Shown: positions 13,060 through 26,300 of the stretch, piece after piece
Layout of the letters: every line of letters starts with the position of its first letter
Position numbering within the stretch: position 1 is the stretch's first letter
Assembly: GCA_013239625.1 (NCBI GenBank)
Contig: MU053472.1
Span: forward strand, 992,001 to 1,056,000
Direction: 5' to 3'
Source: Lama guanicoe
Lineage: Eukaryota
DNA length: 64,000 nucleotides
The notes under the pieces: generated by a model
The model's database searches: none
What the model saw: the letters and a program-made list of their open reading frames with translations, nothing else
What the model was told of the DNA's origin: nothing
Made by a program: the position numbers and the translations under genes

Positions 13060-14280
13060 GCTTCCCCAGATAAGAATGGATCGGGAAAGGAGGAGCTGGG
13101 CGTCTAGCATCCCTCCTCCGACCAGGCGGCAGCCACAGGGATTCAGGGATTCGGCCCCCGGGATCGCGGGGAGGAGGGGCGGCCACAGACCCCCAACCCG
13201 CACCCCCTCCGGGGCCTTGGGGGAAGGGAAGGGGCGGGCGCCTCCCGTTCACCTTCTGACGGTGAAATGTGGCCATTTACCTTCACGCTCCAATGCCAGC
13301 CCCTAAATCACTGTCTCTGCGCCCGAGCTCAAGGTTGCTCCCTGAGCTGGCCGCCAACAAAGCCGCCGCCGCCGCCGCCGCCGCCTGGGACCCGGGCGCC
13401 GAGCCCCCCAACCCCCACCCCGCCAAGACCGGGAAGGGACGAACGCTCCTGGTCGGTTTGCTGCGCCCCCTCCGCCTTCCTCCCCTCCCTTCCCCGTCTC
13501 TCGCTCGCGCTCTAATTTTTGATCCCAATGACTTATCTCTGGGATCAGGGTCCTGGCCCAGACTCACCAAGAACCTCAAGTTCACTTTTCTATCGCAGAC
13601 GTACATAATTAGGAAAAAAGGCTTGCGTGAAGGAGGTGTTCATTACGTCGCCACAACTTTACTCTCGGGTCCCTCTGCCCAGCGCCGTGCCGGGAGCGCA
13701 CAGACTGAACAGTTTCTGATGCAGGAACTGCATCAGAGTCGCTCATAGAGCGCGGAGAGTGCGCGCGTCTCCAAAGCGCTAACCTGCGGTTAACATTGCA
13801 CCCAGCTGTGCGACTCTGTTTTGACATGGCTTCATTAGCCCCGCTCCCTTCTTTCCCCTCCTTGATCTTTCCCTTCCGGGTCTTTCTCCCCACCCCACCC
13901 CGCCCCCGCTGGGGATCTCCATTTGTCATCCGTGCAGAGAGGACGAAAGCGAGCCCCCCAACTCGTGGTCACGCAGGACACTGGGGGTCTGTTTGGAAAA
14001 GGGGGAGCTGTTGGCGCCGAGAACCAGAACCGTGGCGAGCAGGAGGTCTCCGCCCCTGCCCTGGCTTGAGGTGACCTCAGCTGTAGGTCACGGTAAGTTT
14101 AGCCCAAGGGGAAATGAAGAGTGCGGCCCACAGAGGGAGAGGAAGATGCTGACGCGACCCCCACCCCGCCCCGCCCAGGCCCCGCCCCAACCCGGAAGTG
14201 AGGCGCCCGCACCGCAGGGCTCTCAGTTCTGCGCTCTTGCTCCCAGCGTACAGTTCGCAGTGTCCGTTTGCTCTGCCTCG
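13060..14280. promoter_or_regulatory. Orphan CpG island with (GCC)8, GC boxes and an ETS site
   Basis: Dense CpG/CGCG; (GCC)8 at 13362-13385; tandem CCGCCC boxes at ~14165-14188 next to CCGGAAGTG at ~14192-14200; no linked coding exon. Confidence 0.7.
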
Positions 14281-16214
14281 AATCTCATTCATTGGTACCT
14301 TATTTGTTTCCTCTATGTGGATTGGTGAGACTGGTGTCTCCCCAATCTGACTGAGGGTTCCTCCAGGACAGAAATTGTGCTTTCTTCATCAGACCCGAGA
14401 TTCCCCCCACCCCCACCAGGGCAGAGGTTGTATCCCCCACTTTTCGTTGGTGCTCCCCCAGAACAGAGGCTACATGCCCCATTTGCCTGAGAGCTTCCCC
14501 TTGGCAGGGAGGGGATCTGTCTCCCCCATCAGACTGAGGACTCCTCCAGGTCCAGAGCTATGTCTCTCCCCTCCAGACCAGGAGCCCCCCCAGGACCCTG
14601 CTGACCACCGCTGACCTACTGTTCAAAACCCCAGGGTCCTGCCCAGTTCTCAGGCACTATGGCTCTAGGAGTCTTCAGGTCTGGATGCGAATGCAGCCTC
14701 ATTGTGTTTTGGCTCTATGACCTTGAACAAGTCACATGACTTCTGGGGAGTTGAATGCCACAACTCAGAAGACTGCCACTACTTGTTAAGGCTCATTTGG
14801 TGAAAGGGCCAAGCCAGGGCCTGGCATATAGCAAGTGTTCAATAAACGCTGTCTCATTCCCTTCCCCTCATTCGCCTGAGAAGGATGTCCCAAACCTGCT
14901 CTGCCAGCTCGGGCTGAGAGGACAGAGGGGAACCAGAGTTAGAAAAGAGTGCCACAAAACATACACACACACACACATACACACACACAATCCCATCAAG
15001 CAACTGGGTACTGGCCTCCTTCGTTAGGGGATGGGGCGGTGGCAAGGAGTTAAATGTATTAAGCAATTTACAATTAATATAGAAGTCATTCCAGAGATAG
15101 CTACTAGAAAGAGTACAACAGGGCAATTAACCCACTAATACACTAGGCTATTACATCGCTATGTCTCTTATTTTAGCCCGAGGTGATTTGAAACGCATTG
15201 GATTAAAGGATATTACAGGAGATAGCATGAAAAATAGCTTAATGTAATGAGCCATCCCGTGATGTCTGCTATTAAAGATGATTTGCAGTTGAAAACTACA
15301 ACATACAGTAGTTCAGCTATTTGAGGACCAACGGGGTTGGGGGTGGGGCAGTGCTATTAACCCTTCCCTCCTTCCAGCTGCCCCCACCCCCACCAGGACC
15401 TCTACTACCTTCATGCCAAGATTATCAAGTGCATCTTATTAGGCGACAATGGCTTCATTGGGAGATTGGAGATTGGGGCCTGAGGTTGATAAAGAACCAA
15501 TAATCTGCTAATAACCTTTAAAAAATAGATTCCCCCAGGGTGCTGTACTAATGGGCTGAGGCTGGGGAGGGAGGTTGATTGGCAACCGGGTGGCTAATGT
15601 GGAAAAGGGTGTGGGATTAGGGTTGTGGGGGGGGGGAGGTTTCTCTGGGCAGGAGGGGGAAATCAACATGGCCCCCACCCCTGGCTCTCCTGATTGAGAC
15701 AGCCGGGAGACCGATGGGTTATGGGCTGCTGCTTAGAAGGTGTGCCTCGGTACATGTGTGTGAATAATTACAATACGCAAAACTGAATTTTTTTCTATTT
15801 AGCTGATCTTTGAATGATGCATCACAGCTCTTAAAGGCTGTTTCGGGATTTTCCAGGCATCCAGAGAGGCAGGTAGTAGTGTACCTTCACGTGTAGCCTA
15901 GGCATGCGACCCAGAGAAAGCAAGTAACTTACCCAAAGTTAATGCAGCCAGTTATGTAAGAAAACAGGAATCAAATAGAGGTTTTCTTATTTCAAAGCCT
16001 GTGCTTAAAGCTACAAAATGAAACTCCAGCTTGAGTGTCCTACATGAGAAATCTCTGCCTGCCCCAGGGTCACAAAGGTCTTCTCTCTTAGATTTTCTTT
16101 CGGAAGTTTGATTGCTCTACATCTCATATGTAGGTCTGTGATCTATTCTCAGTTCACCTCTGTGTGTGTGGAATGAGATCAGGGTTGATGTTCACTTTTT
16201 TCAGCTGGACCATG

Positions 16215-16735
16215 AGTACATTTCCACGTCCACGTGTGCAGATACGTGTGTCAGATGAGAAGTACACATACACGTGCTGGCAGCCGCACAGTGAAAGCCA
16301 CATAATCTGAAGGCACACACATAGAGGCTAAGGCAGACACATGTAGAGACACACTGAAGATCAAGGATACGTGTGCACAATGGGCATGAGAAGCCGGTGA
16401 GTTCCCCAGATAGGCATGTGATGCATGCTTGTCAGGGGAGTGCACGTGTGTGCATCACATGAGTGCGTGCTGGCATGGTCTGTGTCCAGCACTGTACATG
16501 AGTTGGTATCTGTGTGTCCCTGGGCATAGATTAGACTGTGTATGCTCACCACTCTGGGTGTCACCAAGCCTGCACGTGTGTGGTCAGCATTTGTGGGCAT
16601 GTCGTTGTGGCTGAATCTGTGTGTGTGTGTGGTTGTTGGCGTGCTCGGTACTGTGTGTCTGTGTGTGCATGCACGTGTGTTGGTGTGTCTGCATGTGCGT
16701 GTCGCTGTGCCCATGTGTTGCTGTGTGACTGCACC
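16215..16735. repeat. Degenerate CA/TG-rich low-complexity region
   Basis: Long run of alternating purine-pyrimidine words (cacgtg, tgcatg, tgtgtg); similar tracts near 21570-21700 and 45230-45365. Confidence 0.75.
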
Positions 16736-17911
16736 TCCCCTGGTGCTGCCACCTCCGACAGCTGCAGGGCCAGCCGGGAGCAGCCCCCGCGCCCCCCTCG
16801 CTGCTGTCTTTTATCATCATTTGCCACGAAAGGGAGCCCAGGAGGACGGTGATAAATAAGGGCCACTTAAAATACGAGACGACCACTCTGACTTTGGGGA
16901 ATATTTCTTCTGTGGAGCAGCTGGTGCCGCCTCTGTCCTTGTGGAAAGGGGTCCCAGGGGCCGCCAGCCCCTGCCCAGCTTCTGCAGGCTCCCTCCTATC
17001 CACTGCCCCCTCAACCCCTGCCCTACCAGCGCTGGTCTGGGAGGGGAAGTAGAGGGGGACCCACCCTGAGGCCAGTGCAGGCAGGGCAAGGTGACCCTCA
17101 GTTTGCCCTTCTCAGGTGCTCTGTGGAAGCCTGGGTGTCATAGAAGAAGAGGCTCAGAGGGGACTGGAGGGTACACAGCCTCCATCTTTTAGGATTCCCT
17201 CTCCCTTCAAAGCTGAGGGGACCGTTGGGGGGCTCCAGAGAGCTGAGAGACATACGTGGACACACACCCCACTCACACAATTTTCAGCACCTACTCTGTT
17301 CCAAGCCTTAGGAAGACACAAAGACATATATCCTATGAAGAGATAACAGGGTACACACACTCTACTTGCTACACAAAGACACATGCGGATCTGCAAAAAG
17401 ACTTGTATATACTTGTTCTGGGAAGAGATGAGTTCTGGGAAGAGAAGGAGGAGGAGAAAGAAGAGAAAGGAATTGAAGGAGCTAAGAAAAGGAAAGAAAT
17501 ATTTAAAAATACAAAAACATGGATATGAAGGATGCACAACTGTGTCAGGGTAGAGGTGGTCCCTCGGTAGGAGGGAGGGGCAGGGCTAGGGGTGGAGGAC
17601 CGCCCCATATGGGAGTACAGGTTGTTCACTGCCTAAGGGGGCAGGTGTCGGTGAAAGTCCAGCCTTCGCTTTATTGGCCAGGCCACACCCTGGTATGAGG
17701 CTGAGTCCACCAGGAGGAAGCATGCCTTGCATTGTTTCTAGAAAGCACCCTCCACTAGCCTTGCTTTTAGCCACAGGTCTGGGCGACAACCCCCCCACCC
17801 CCGCCGCCCAGGGGTCACCTTTTCCTAATTCCTACAGAGGCACCTCAGGAGCTAGCCAGGCCCTGAGGGAGGGGGTCTTTTACTGTGTTTGGGAGACATT
17901 CTTTCCTTAAA

Positions 17912-18022
17912 ATGAAAAAAGAAAGGAAAGAAAAGAAAGAAAGAAATTGAGACAGAGGAGAAAAAAGAAGAGAAAGAGGAGGGAAGGGAAGGAACGTGAA
18001 GGGAGAGGAGGAGTTGAGGGGG
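17912..18022. repeat. Polypurine (GA-rich) tract
   Basis: Nearly pure A/G on the + strand; a comparable polypyrimidine tract lies at ~2100-2250. Confidence 0.8.
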
Positions 18023-18740
18023 GCATCCAACCACAGAGGCTCTTCTAATCAAAGAGCTTGTCACCGTCACTCTGCTAGTTGAGATGCCAGGACGGATCTG
18101 GGCCTGGCAGCATCTGGGGTTAGGGGTGAGGGGTGAATCAGTACTAACAGGTCACATACACGCACATCTCCATGCCCACCCTGCCTCCCTTCTCAGCCCA
18201 TCCCAGGTGGCCAGGGACATGTCATGTCTCATTTCCTTCTCTCAGAAACAGTGATGGGGGGCTGGGGAGAGGTGCGGGGAGCCCGCCTGAGCTGATCTTT
18301 TTCCTTCAATTTCCCTCCCAAGCTCTGTAGGCATCAGCCATGGATGCGCCAACACCCTCATCTTCCATGACCCCCCCAACACAAAGCCGCATCACCCCCC
18401 TATCAGGGACTGTCTGGGAGGAGGGAAGGCAGGGAAGAGCTGGCCTCCTTTCTTATCTGGGGTTTTCAGCCCCCAAGCTTCTCTAGATGGGATCCCTAGA
18501 GCCCACCCACAGCCTCTCCCCTCAGCTTCAGTTCGCTGATCCCCACCCCCAACACCCTCTCCCCACACCCACCGATGTTCCAGTCCTCCCAAGCAGTCTC
18601 TAAACATTCTCCTTTCCAGCTTGCTCCCCTGTGGAAGGGAGAGTGGTGGGGAACCGACCTTTACTGAGCACCCACTGGGTGCTGGGCCCCTGCCTGGCTG
18701 TATCATTTGATGCCCAAGAGAACCCTTTGAGGTGGCTTTT

Positions 18741-18838
18741 TTAAAAACTTATTTATTGGAGGTACTGAAAATTGAACCCAGGATCTTGTGCATGCTAAGC
18801 ATGTGCTCTACCACTGAGCTATACCCTCTCCCACCCCC
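18741..18838 (-). mobile_element. tRNA-Ala-derived SINE (vic-1-like)
   Basis: Same A-box/B-box body; TSD aggtggctttt / aggtgactttt. Confidence 0.9.
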
Positions 18839-19897
18839 CAGGTGACTTTTAACTCAGAATCTCCAAATTACAGATGGGAAAGCCTCACAGCTTATAACCA
18901 GGGTTGCAGGAGAAGCAATTCTGGTCTCTTGACTTAAATCTTGCTCTTCCCACTACAGCGTCAGACTCCTTGAAATCTTGCTCTACTCAGTCCTCTCAAC
19001 TTGATAACTGAGAGTCTACCCTGTGCCAGGCACTGTGGTAAACAAGTTACCACATTATCTCATTCAACGTCACACTCACCCATAAGGAAGAGCTGTTATT
19101 ATCCCCATCCCACAGATGAGGACATCGAGGCTTGCCCAAGGTCACACAGCATAAGAATGACAGAGCCAGGACTCAAACCAGGCCTAATGAATACACTTTG
19201 CCCAGTGGGATGATAACAGGAATTCTGCCACTACTGCCTGCCGCCCTGAGCCAGCAGCAGGACTCCCCGTGCAGGCCCCTCCACCACCCCACCCCCAGGG
19301 CCAGCAGAGAGAGATTAGAGGGTGGGGTGCTCAGGCCTCAGCAGACAAAGAGGAAGGAGATATCAGGGTCGAGCACTAAGCGTCCTCTATCTTCCCAGGA
19401 GCGCCAGCCCCATTGTCCCCACAAGTGCCCTCAGATTGTCAGAGCCAGAGCCTCATCTGGCCCTCAGAATATATGGTCGCAGAATAATATGACGGTTAGG
19501 GAGGAGGGGTGGGAGGCCGGGGTGGAGGGGCAAATGAAGAAGAATCTGCACAGCCCCCAGAAGAAAACTTAATAGTCTGGGGGCTCCCTTGGGTCCTTCT
19601 CATTAAAAAAAAAATCTCTATTTAAATGCAAATTTGTGCTGGAGCTGGGATGGGTTTGCGGGAGGCAGAGAAGCATCCAGACGCTGATACAGACCAGTCA
19701 TTGGACCCTGCTCCCCAATCTTGCTTTGTAATGTGGGGCCCTGTGCCCAGAAGTTAGCTCCATCCTCCAAGATCGCACCCTCCCCACCACCCAGGAAAGC
19801 CCGGTTCAGTTTAACCCCCTTACCACCTTGCTGTCTCTTTGTGTCTGTCTGTGTGTCACACACACACACACTCCAAGTTCTAAATAGAAATGTGTCT

Positions 19898-20028
19898 AGC
19901 ACAGGGAATTATACCCAATATCTTGTAATAACCTATAACAGAATATAACCTGCAAAAAAAAAAAAGAAACACTTCGCTGTAAACCTGAAACTAACACAAT
20001 ACAGTACATCAACTATATTTCAATTTTA
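19898..20028 (+). mobile_element. Short L1 3'UTR fragment
   Basis: tagcacagggaattatacccaatatcttgtaataacctataa... (same family as 10730-11322); TSD agaaatgtgtc on both sides. Confidence 0.85.
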
Positions 20029-20267
20029 AGAAATGTGTCGTTGGGGTGAGGGTGGCAAGCTGGAAGCCTAGATTACAGTTTTCCTCCTAAACCAAGGAAG
20101 GGAGAGGGTTCTGACCCTACACCCATTCTCCACACATCTTCCTCAAGGAAAGAACTTGACTTTGATGAGGAGGAGCAGAACCTAAAAAGCTTGTAACTAG
20201 TTTCAGCCCACCCCCTCCATTCCTATCCCCCCAAACTAGAAAACCCTTGAAACACACACACACGCAA

Positions 20268-20305
20268 AGGTTTCAAACTAGGTTTCAAACACTAGGTTTC
20301 AAACT
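20268..20305. repeat. 12-bp tandem repeat x3 (AGGTTTCAAACT)
   Basis: aggtttcaaact aggtttcaaacact aggtttcaaact. Confidence 0.9.
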
Positions 20306-23300
20306 AGACAATAGAAGACAAACCCAGCCCTCAAATCCAATTCTTGTGGGAAAAGCAGACGTGGGGTGGGGGGTGTAGGGTGGCAGCTGGGGACCCACAC
20401 CTGCCCAGCACCCACATCCTGTCCCCTGTCCACCTCCCGCGGAGAAGGAGAAGACTCTGCTCCCCCAGCTTCAATAACCCCCGCACCCGTCCCGTCCCGT
20501 CCTGTCCCGTCCCGCGCTCCTTCCACTACCCGCAGCATCCCCACCCCACCCCCACCTCTCCAAGCCCATTACCTCCAGGGATAATTATGTGGGTGATTTC
20601 GCTGGCCCTGGAGAGCTCTTCAGTGGCATTAACTCAGGATGAGGGAGGGAGAGGAGGGTTGCTCCTGACTACCACCCTGCTCTCCCCTCTTCCTCCCCAC
20701 TAACCGCTGAGGGTGTTAATTTAGGGAGCGATAAGACGGAGATGCTGTGTAAATCCATCTAGAACACAAATACCTGTCCCCAGACTTTATGCTTCTATTT
20801 CTGGCTTTATCAGGGGAAACTGAGTCAAGACCCTCTCCCTAGGGGAGACACAGATGCCCTTTGGGTAGAGAATCCCAAACGTTCCCTATTGGCCCTGCCT
20901 CCCCCGCAGCCTCGCTGTTCCCTCGGCTTCTCCCCCTCTGCCGCCCCATCCCTCCCTCCGCCTTTGTTGATCCCGCACCAGTGTGGCTCCAAGTTGGCTG
21001 GGGTGAGCTCTCCCTGCCATGGCACTGCATGGAGATTCACAGGGAAAGGAGGATCAGGATTGGGGTGGAAGCACCCAGGAGACCCCTTACAGCTTCCCAG
21101 CCAGACCCAAATTTCAGGCGTGTCTGGTCATGCCCTTGGCAGCCGCTAAGAGGGAAGAGGCGTGGTCAATTCACCGCTGCCTACTTTCCCATGCTTGTGG
21201 CCGGCACTGGGCCCTCCTCTGGACACCACGGCCTCTTGGCGTGGGGAGGAAAGGCCGCTGGGACTGAGAGTTGTCAGAGGAAGTGTGGGGACCTTAAATA
21301 CACAAGATGGAGCAGGTGCTGGAGGTTAGGAATGGGGAGAGAACCTTCCTGCCTCCTTCTGAGAAACCCTAAGTGAAAATCAACAACCACGTGGAGAGAA
21401 GGGAGGACCACGGAGATCTGGGGCAAGTCAATCTGCCACTGAGAGAGAGCGGGGTCCAGAGAGGGAAAGGAGTTGCCTTAGGCCACACAGAGTCACAGCT
21501 GGATGGAGAAGGCTGGAACCTGGTTTCTTGACTCTGAAGCCACAAGCTGACTTCAATGCGATAGTTTTATATATACGCGGTTTGCACACTCACGTGTTCG
21601 CACAGCTGAGTGGGGGTCTGCATGTGGCAGTGTCTGCCTACACGTTTGTGGGCGTGAGCACGTCTGCGCACGTGGGGCTGGGTCCCACGTGTATGTGTGT
21701 GCAGGAGGGCGGGGAACACGCCGGCACCTTCGGGTTAAGAAGCAGCGGCCTCTCTGGCCCCACCTGCAGGGGTCGCTGTGCACAGAGCGTCTCCTCCCCT
21801 CGCTGTCCCCAGGAGCTGGCTGCGCCTGCTGGGCCTGGACACATCCCCCATCTCAAGCCTGCCCTAGCCTCTGCCGTTCGGCTGCTTCCTTCCAGAGGAC
21901 CCTCGTGGAGGTGGTGGTGCTGTCCCGAGGTTCTGATATGATAGGAGAAACAATTAACTGGAAGAGATGGCTAATATCTAAGGGAGAACATTTCTAGATA
22001 AATTACAGCCTCGCCTCAAAAATGGGGCTTTACCATGAAGAAATACAGTTTATTAGAAGACATATTTTCTTTTAATTTAATCATGTAACCTTTGGTTTTC
22101 CAAAAAAAAAAAGGTATGGAGTTGGGGGAGGGGCTGAGATGCTGACATCAATCCTCTGCATTTCCTGTGTGCTCACTGACCACCCAGCACGTGGGTGTAA
22201 GTGAGAAGAGGGCTGTGGGAGTCCCGGGAATGGGGCAGACCCAAATCTATCCTAGACCCCCCCACTAAAACACTGTCAGAGGGGAGACGGCTTCAGGACA
22301 ACTGGGGAGGCCACAGGCCAGGTCTACCGCCACCTTGGGGGACGGTGAGGGCCCAGTCTGCCACAGGCGATCCATCTCACCCACTGAATCAGGCCGCGGC
22401 ACACTTCCCTCTCTGCCTGACACAGGTACACAAAGAAAATCACTCACAGCACGAAGGGACCAGGCAGACACCCAAATCGGACTGCAGCTGTTTAAACAGT
22501 CCCAGGAAAAGAAGGAAAATAAGGCTCCTCCACTTGACTGTCAACAGACTTCTTGGCTTAGGGCAAGTTGCTGACCCCTCCCGGGCCTCAGTTTCCCCGT
22601 CTTTCAGGAGGTAGATTGATCGTTTCTAAGAGTCTTTCCAGCTTTAAAGCCCCCTGCTTTAAATTACCATCCTAGGCACATGCCTCCTTCCTCCTGGGCT
22701 TTCCCAAGGAGTAAGTAGCAGACTCTGGTGTCAGGAAGACATGGGTTCCAATCCCCACCCACCACTTGTTGAGTGCGAGACCCAAGGCGAGTGATCACGT
22801 CTCTCCATGCCACTTGCCCAGGTGTAAAGTGGAGCGGGAAGCTATGCCAAAAGAGGTCAGCCAACGCTAAGCGTGGGACTTAGGGTCTCCATCATGATCA
22901 TCCGTCCCCAGAGAAGACCATGAAAGGCCCATAAATGCTCCCCAGAGATGAACCCAGCAAATGCTGGCAGGAAACAGAAAAATTAACTGGGTCCCCGTCT
23001 TTGGGGACCTCTTTCCTTCTTCATCCTACTGCCCAGCTGTGGCCTCTTCCACCCTCAACCCCATGACCACTGACCTTTGCCCCAGAGCCAGTTCCAATCA
23101 CCCCCTCCATCATTCATCCCCCTCCCTGGGTCTAGGGCCCTCAAGGGCAGCCACAGAAGCCCCGGTGCCCATGTCTCCAGCCCAGAGTACCTGGTGCTGC
23201 CCAGACTGGGCAGCCCGAGGCAACAGGGCAGCTACGGCAGCAGCAAATCTCCCCACTTAGGTCCTAATGTAAGTCCTATCAAGACACAGTGAAACGGGGC

Positions 23301-26300
23301 GTAATTTTTGCAGAAAACAATGCAGGTGATGTATGCCCGAGACTGGCACACAATAAAACTGTAGTGGAACGCAGAAAAAAATGCGCCCAGTCAATACAAT
23401 AAAATCAGCACAAATACACCCGTGTAAAGCAAATAAATCTCCCAATCCAAACACTTTCCAGCACGCGCACCACAAAGAAGGTGGAGTGTTTGTGTCTGTG
23501 CCGTTCAAGTTTCTCCCAGAAATCTCTAGAGGAAAGAAGCAAAGCAACCAGGGAGCCCCCCACACACACACACACAAACACGCCCCCCATCCAATAATAA
23601 ATAAACAAAGAAATACGAAGGACCTGGAGGCTGGTTTGCACTTCTGGCTGCAGACAGCGTCAACTGGCGAGGCGACTGGGGGCTGGAGGCCCCCAAATCA
23701 CCATTCATCTGGCCTTGTTGTGGGAATTTTCAAGGGATTTGCAGTAATTATATGACAGAATGCTTGCAAATCTCACTCATTGCTGAACAGAAACAGGCGG
23801 GTCAGGGATTGAACACTTGCAGCTGGGTAATTTGTAAATGTCAATCAGGCAGCGGGGCAGAGAGAGAGGAGAGGGAGACACCAGGAAAATCCTGTAGCAA
23901 CCTCAGTGTAAGTGTAGGAGGCCTCTTCACCCTCCCAGAACCCAGGAATGGGAAGACCCAGGCCAGAGGCAAGGCAAGAGGGAGCAGGGGAGAGACCAGG
24001 GAGGGGCGGGGCAGGGGCAGGGGAGAGGGGAGGATGAATGGGGAAAGAAAGGAGGACTGGGACAGAGCCCAGAGACAGACACAGAAAAGAGGCTGGGCCG
24101 AGAGGGGAGGGGGAGATGTGGATGGAGAGTAAAGAGCGTGAATCAGGAAAAACAGTTTAAATAAAACCAGGGGAGATTAAATTAACTGATACATACATTC
24201 CAAGAGGTAGGTCGTGGGAGCAGCCATAAATACCAGGTCCCTATCTCCCAGGCTCAAGACAGCAGGGAGAGCAAAATAAAATTAAAAGATATAACAATAA
24301 AAATTACAAATGCATTTTGAGGGCCCTGTACCTGAGGTCTGTAATGGAGGCAATAAGCAGGGTGAGCATGAAGCACAGCCTCCACAAGTCAGGGGAGCTT
24401 CAAGGCGGGAGCTGGAGGAACGTTTTATTTTTTGGGTCTCCAGCAGACTGGCAGTGTGCCCACTGCACGGACGTGAAAGATCTGAAGGGCGGTGGCAACC
24501 GCCATGGCAACTGATTTGGCACTTTAGAACTTACATGGTTTTAACTGGTCATCGCCACCCCTTTAAGAAACTGGACTTTTAATCCACCCATTTTACAGGT
24601 GAGGAAACTGAGGCTTAGGGAGGCTGTGATTTGGCTCGAGATGACTAGCTAGGATGAAGCAGAGTGTGGATTTGAACCCAGGCCCCCTGATCCACACCCT
24701 TTCCACCATTGCCCTCGGGGATCTTATTCCTGCCAGTTCCATTTGAGAAAATGAACACACTTTGTGAGCACATACTGGTCACATCACCACCATGCTGAAT
24801 GAGGGGTGCACCTGACAGCTTGTGAACAGAACAAGCCAAGATAGCATCCTCTGAAGCAGGAGTGTCCAACTCTCTAGGTTTCAGAGATCTTTTTTAGCAT
24901 CCAAAATTTACTCGATACCCCACCAACGACAAGCACTCACAAGCACACTAGGGGTTTTACTTCTAAACATCTGTAAATTAAGAAAAGTGCCAAGTGACCC
25001 AAAGTTACCATAGATCCTGGCACACTTTTAAAGGAATTTTAATTTTCATCACCATGTTCTTGGGGAAAAAAATTATAACACAGACATTAAAATTATAAAA
25101 AGACAGAGACTGTTGGTGGCAATGGGAGGCATCTCTGAGGGTCGGAAAAACCCTCTGTAAGAACTCCAGGGCTCCTTCTCCCATCATGATCCACAGACCA
25201 AGGGTCCAAGAGCCTCTGATTGAGACGGGGCCTCTGAGCAACAGGGCCAGGAACTTACGAGTTGGCAAGGTCAACCCAGGAGGACTCCCTGACGGAGGCA
25301 GATCCTGAGAAGGGCCGGGAAGGGAGGCAGAGTGGCAGCATCAAGGTCGATATTGTGCAAGGGTTGGGAGGGAGGAGAGCAGGATGGCTGCAGCACTATC
25401 GCCCCACAGCCACCAAAGGCTGCAATTTATACTTTTGTCATGATCTCCAAATGGGTTTATGTTGACAGCCACAGGGACATTCCAGCAGGGTTCAAAGGTG
25501 TTTCTCTTACCACTTTAAACTGGAATCTCATCTGCCTACGCTGCCAGGAGTGCACTACTCACTCCTCAGAGGAGCGGCAAACATGCTGGGACTCCTGTGT
25601 GCCAGTCACTGCTCCAGCTGCTGGAGCTCTAGGCCGGGAACAAAACAGGGGACGAAAAAGCCTGGAGTTTATCTCACGTCCATAATTGTCTCCGTCTTTA
25701 ATGATTTTGTTAGAGCACAATTATATGCATTGTCTTTTGTGAGTTAATAGTGTTAACTTGTGGACTGTAAATCAGATGACACTTTCGCAATCTTTTTTGG
25801 CATTTCTTCATTTTTAAATGTATTAGAGCCTCAGATATAGAAGGGGCCTGTAGGCCCCTGGGAGACTCTGAGCAGGGCAGGGGAATAGCACCCAAAGTCA
25901 ACCATCCAACAAACAGTAGCTGCTATCTTCCTGGATGCCAGGGGTAGCCAGGGTGACAGAGACACTGTGGGGAAGGTATAGGCACCCACCATCCTCTCCA
26001 CCCACAGCTGACCCACTTCTTCCTCTGCCTTCCCACCCCCTCCCGCAACCAGGTGCGTGGCTCTGGAATGAAGAGCCCCTGATCTGATTGGCTCATCCTC
26101 CAGTCTATCTGCACCACCTCCCAACCAAAAGAGAATTCCTGAAGAGGGACGGCGTTAGGGAATTTTGCGAATAATCCACTTATCTTTAACTAGATAGATG
26201 AGGTCACTGCAAAGTATAGAAGCCTTTGGTCTCTCTACCCCAGCATGGCCACATACTGTGCAACCCTGAGCAAATATTTTAATCTCATTGAGCCTCTGTT

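Noticed and set aside
13269..13748. ORF with a poly-Ala run resembling a transcription factor
   Set aside because: The Ala run is just the (GCC)8 repeat; there is no homeodomain or other domain.
16215..16735. Many CACGTG E-boxes and Cys/Val/His-rich ORFs
   Set aside because: Explained by degenerate CA/TG simple sequence.
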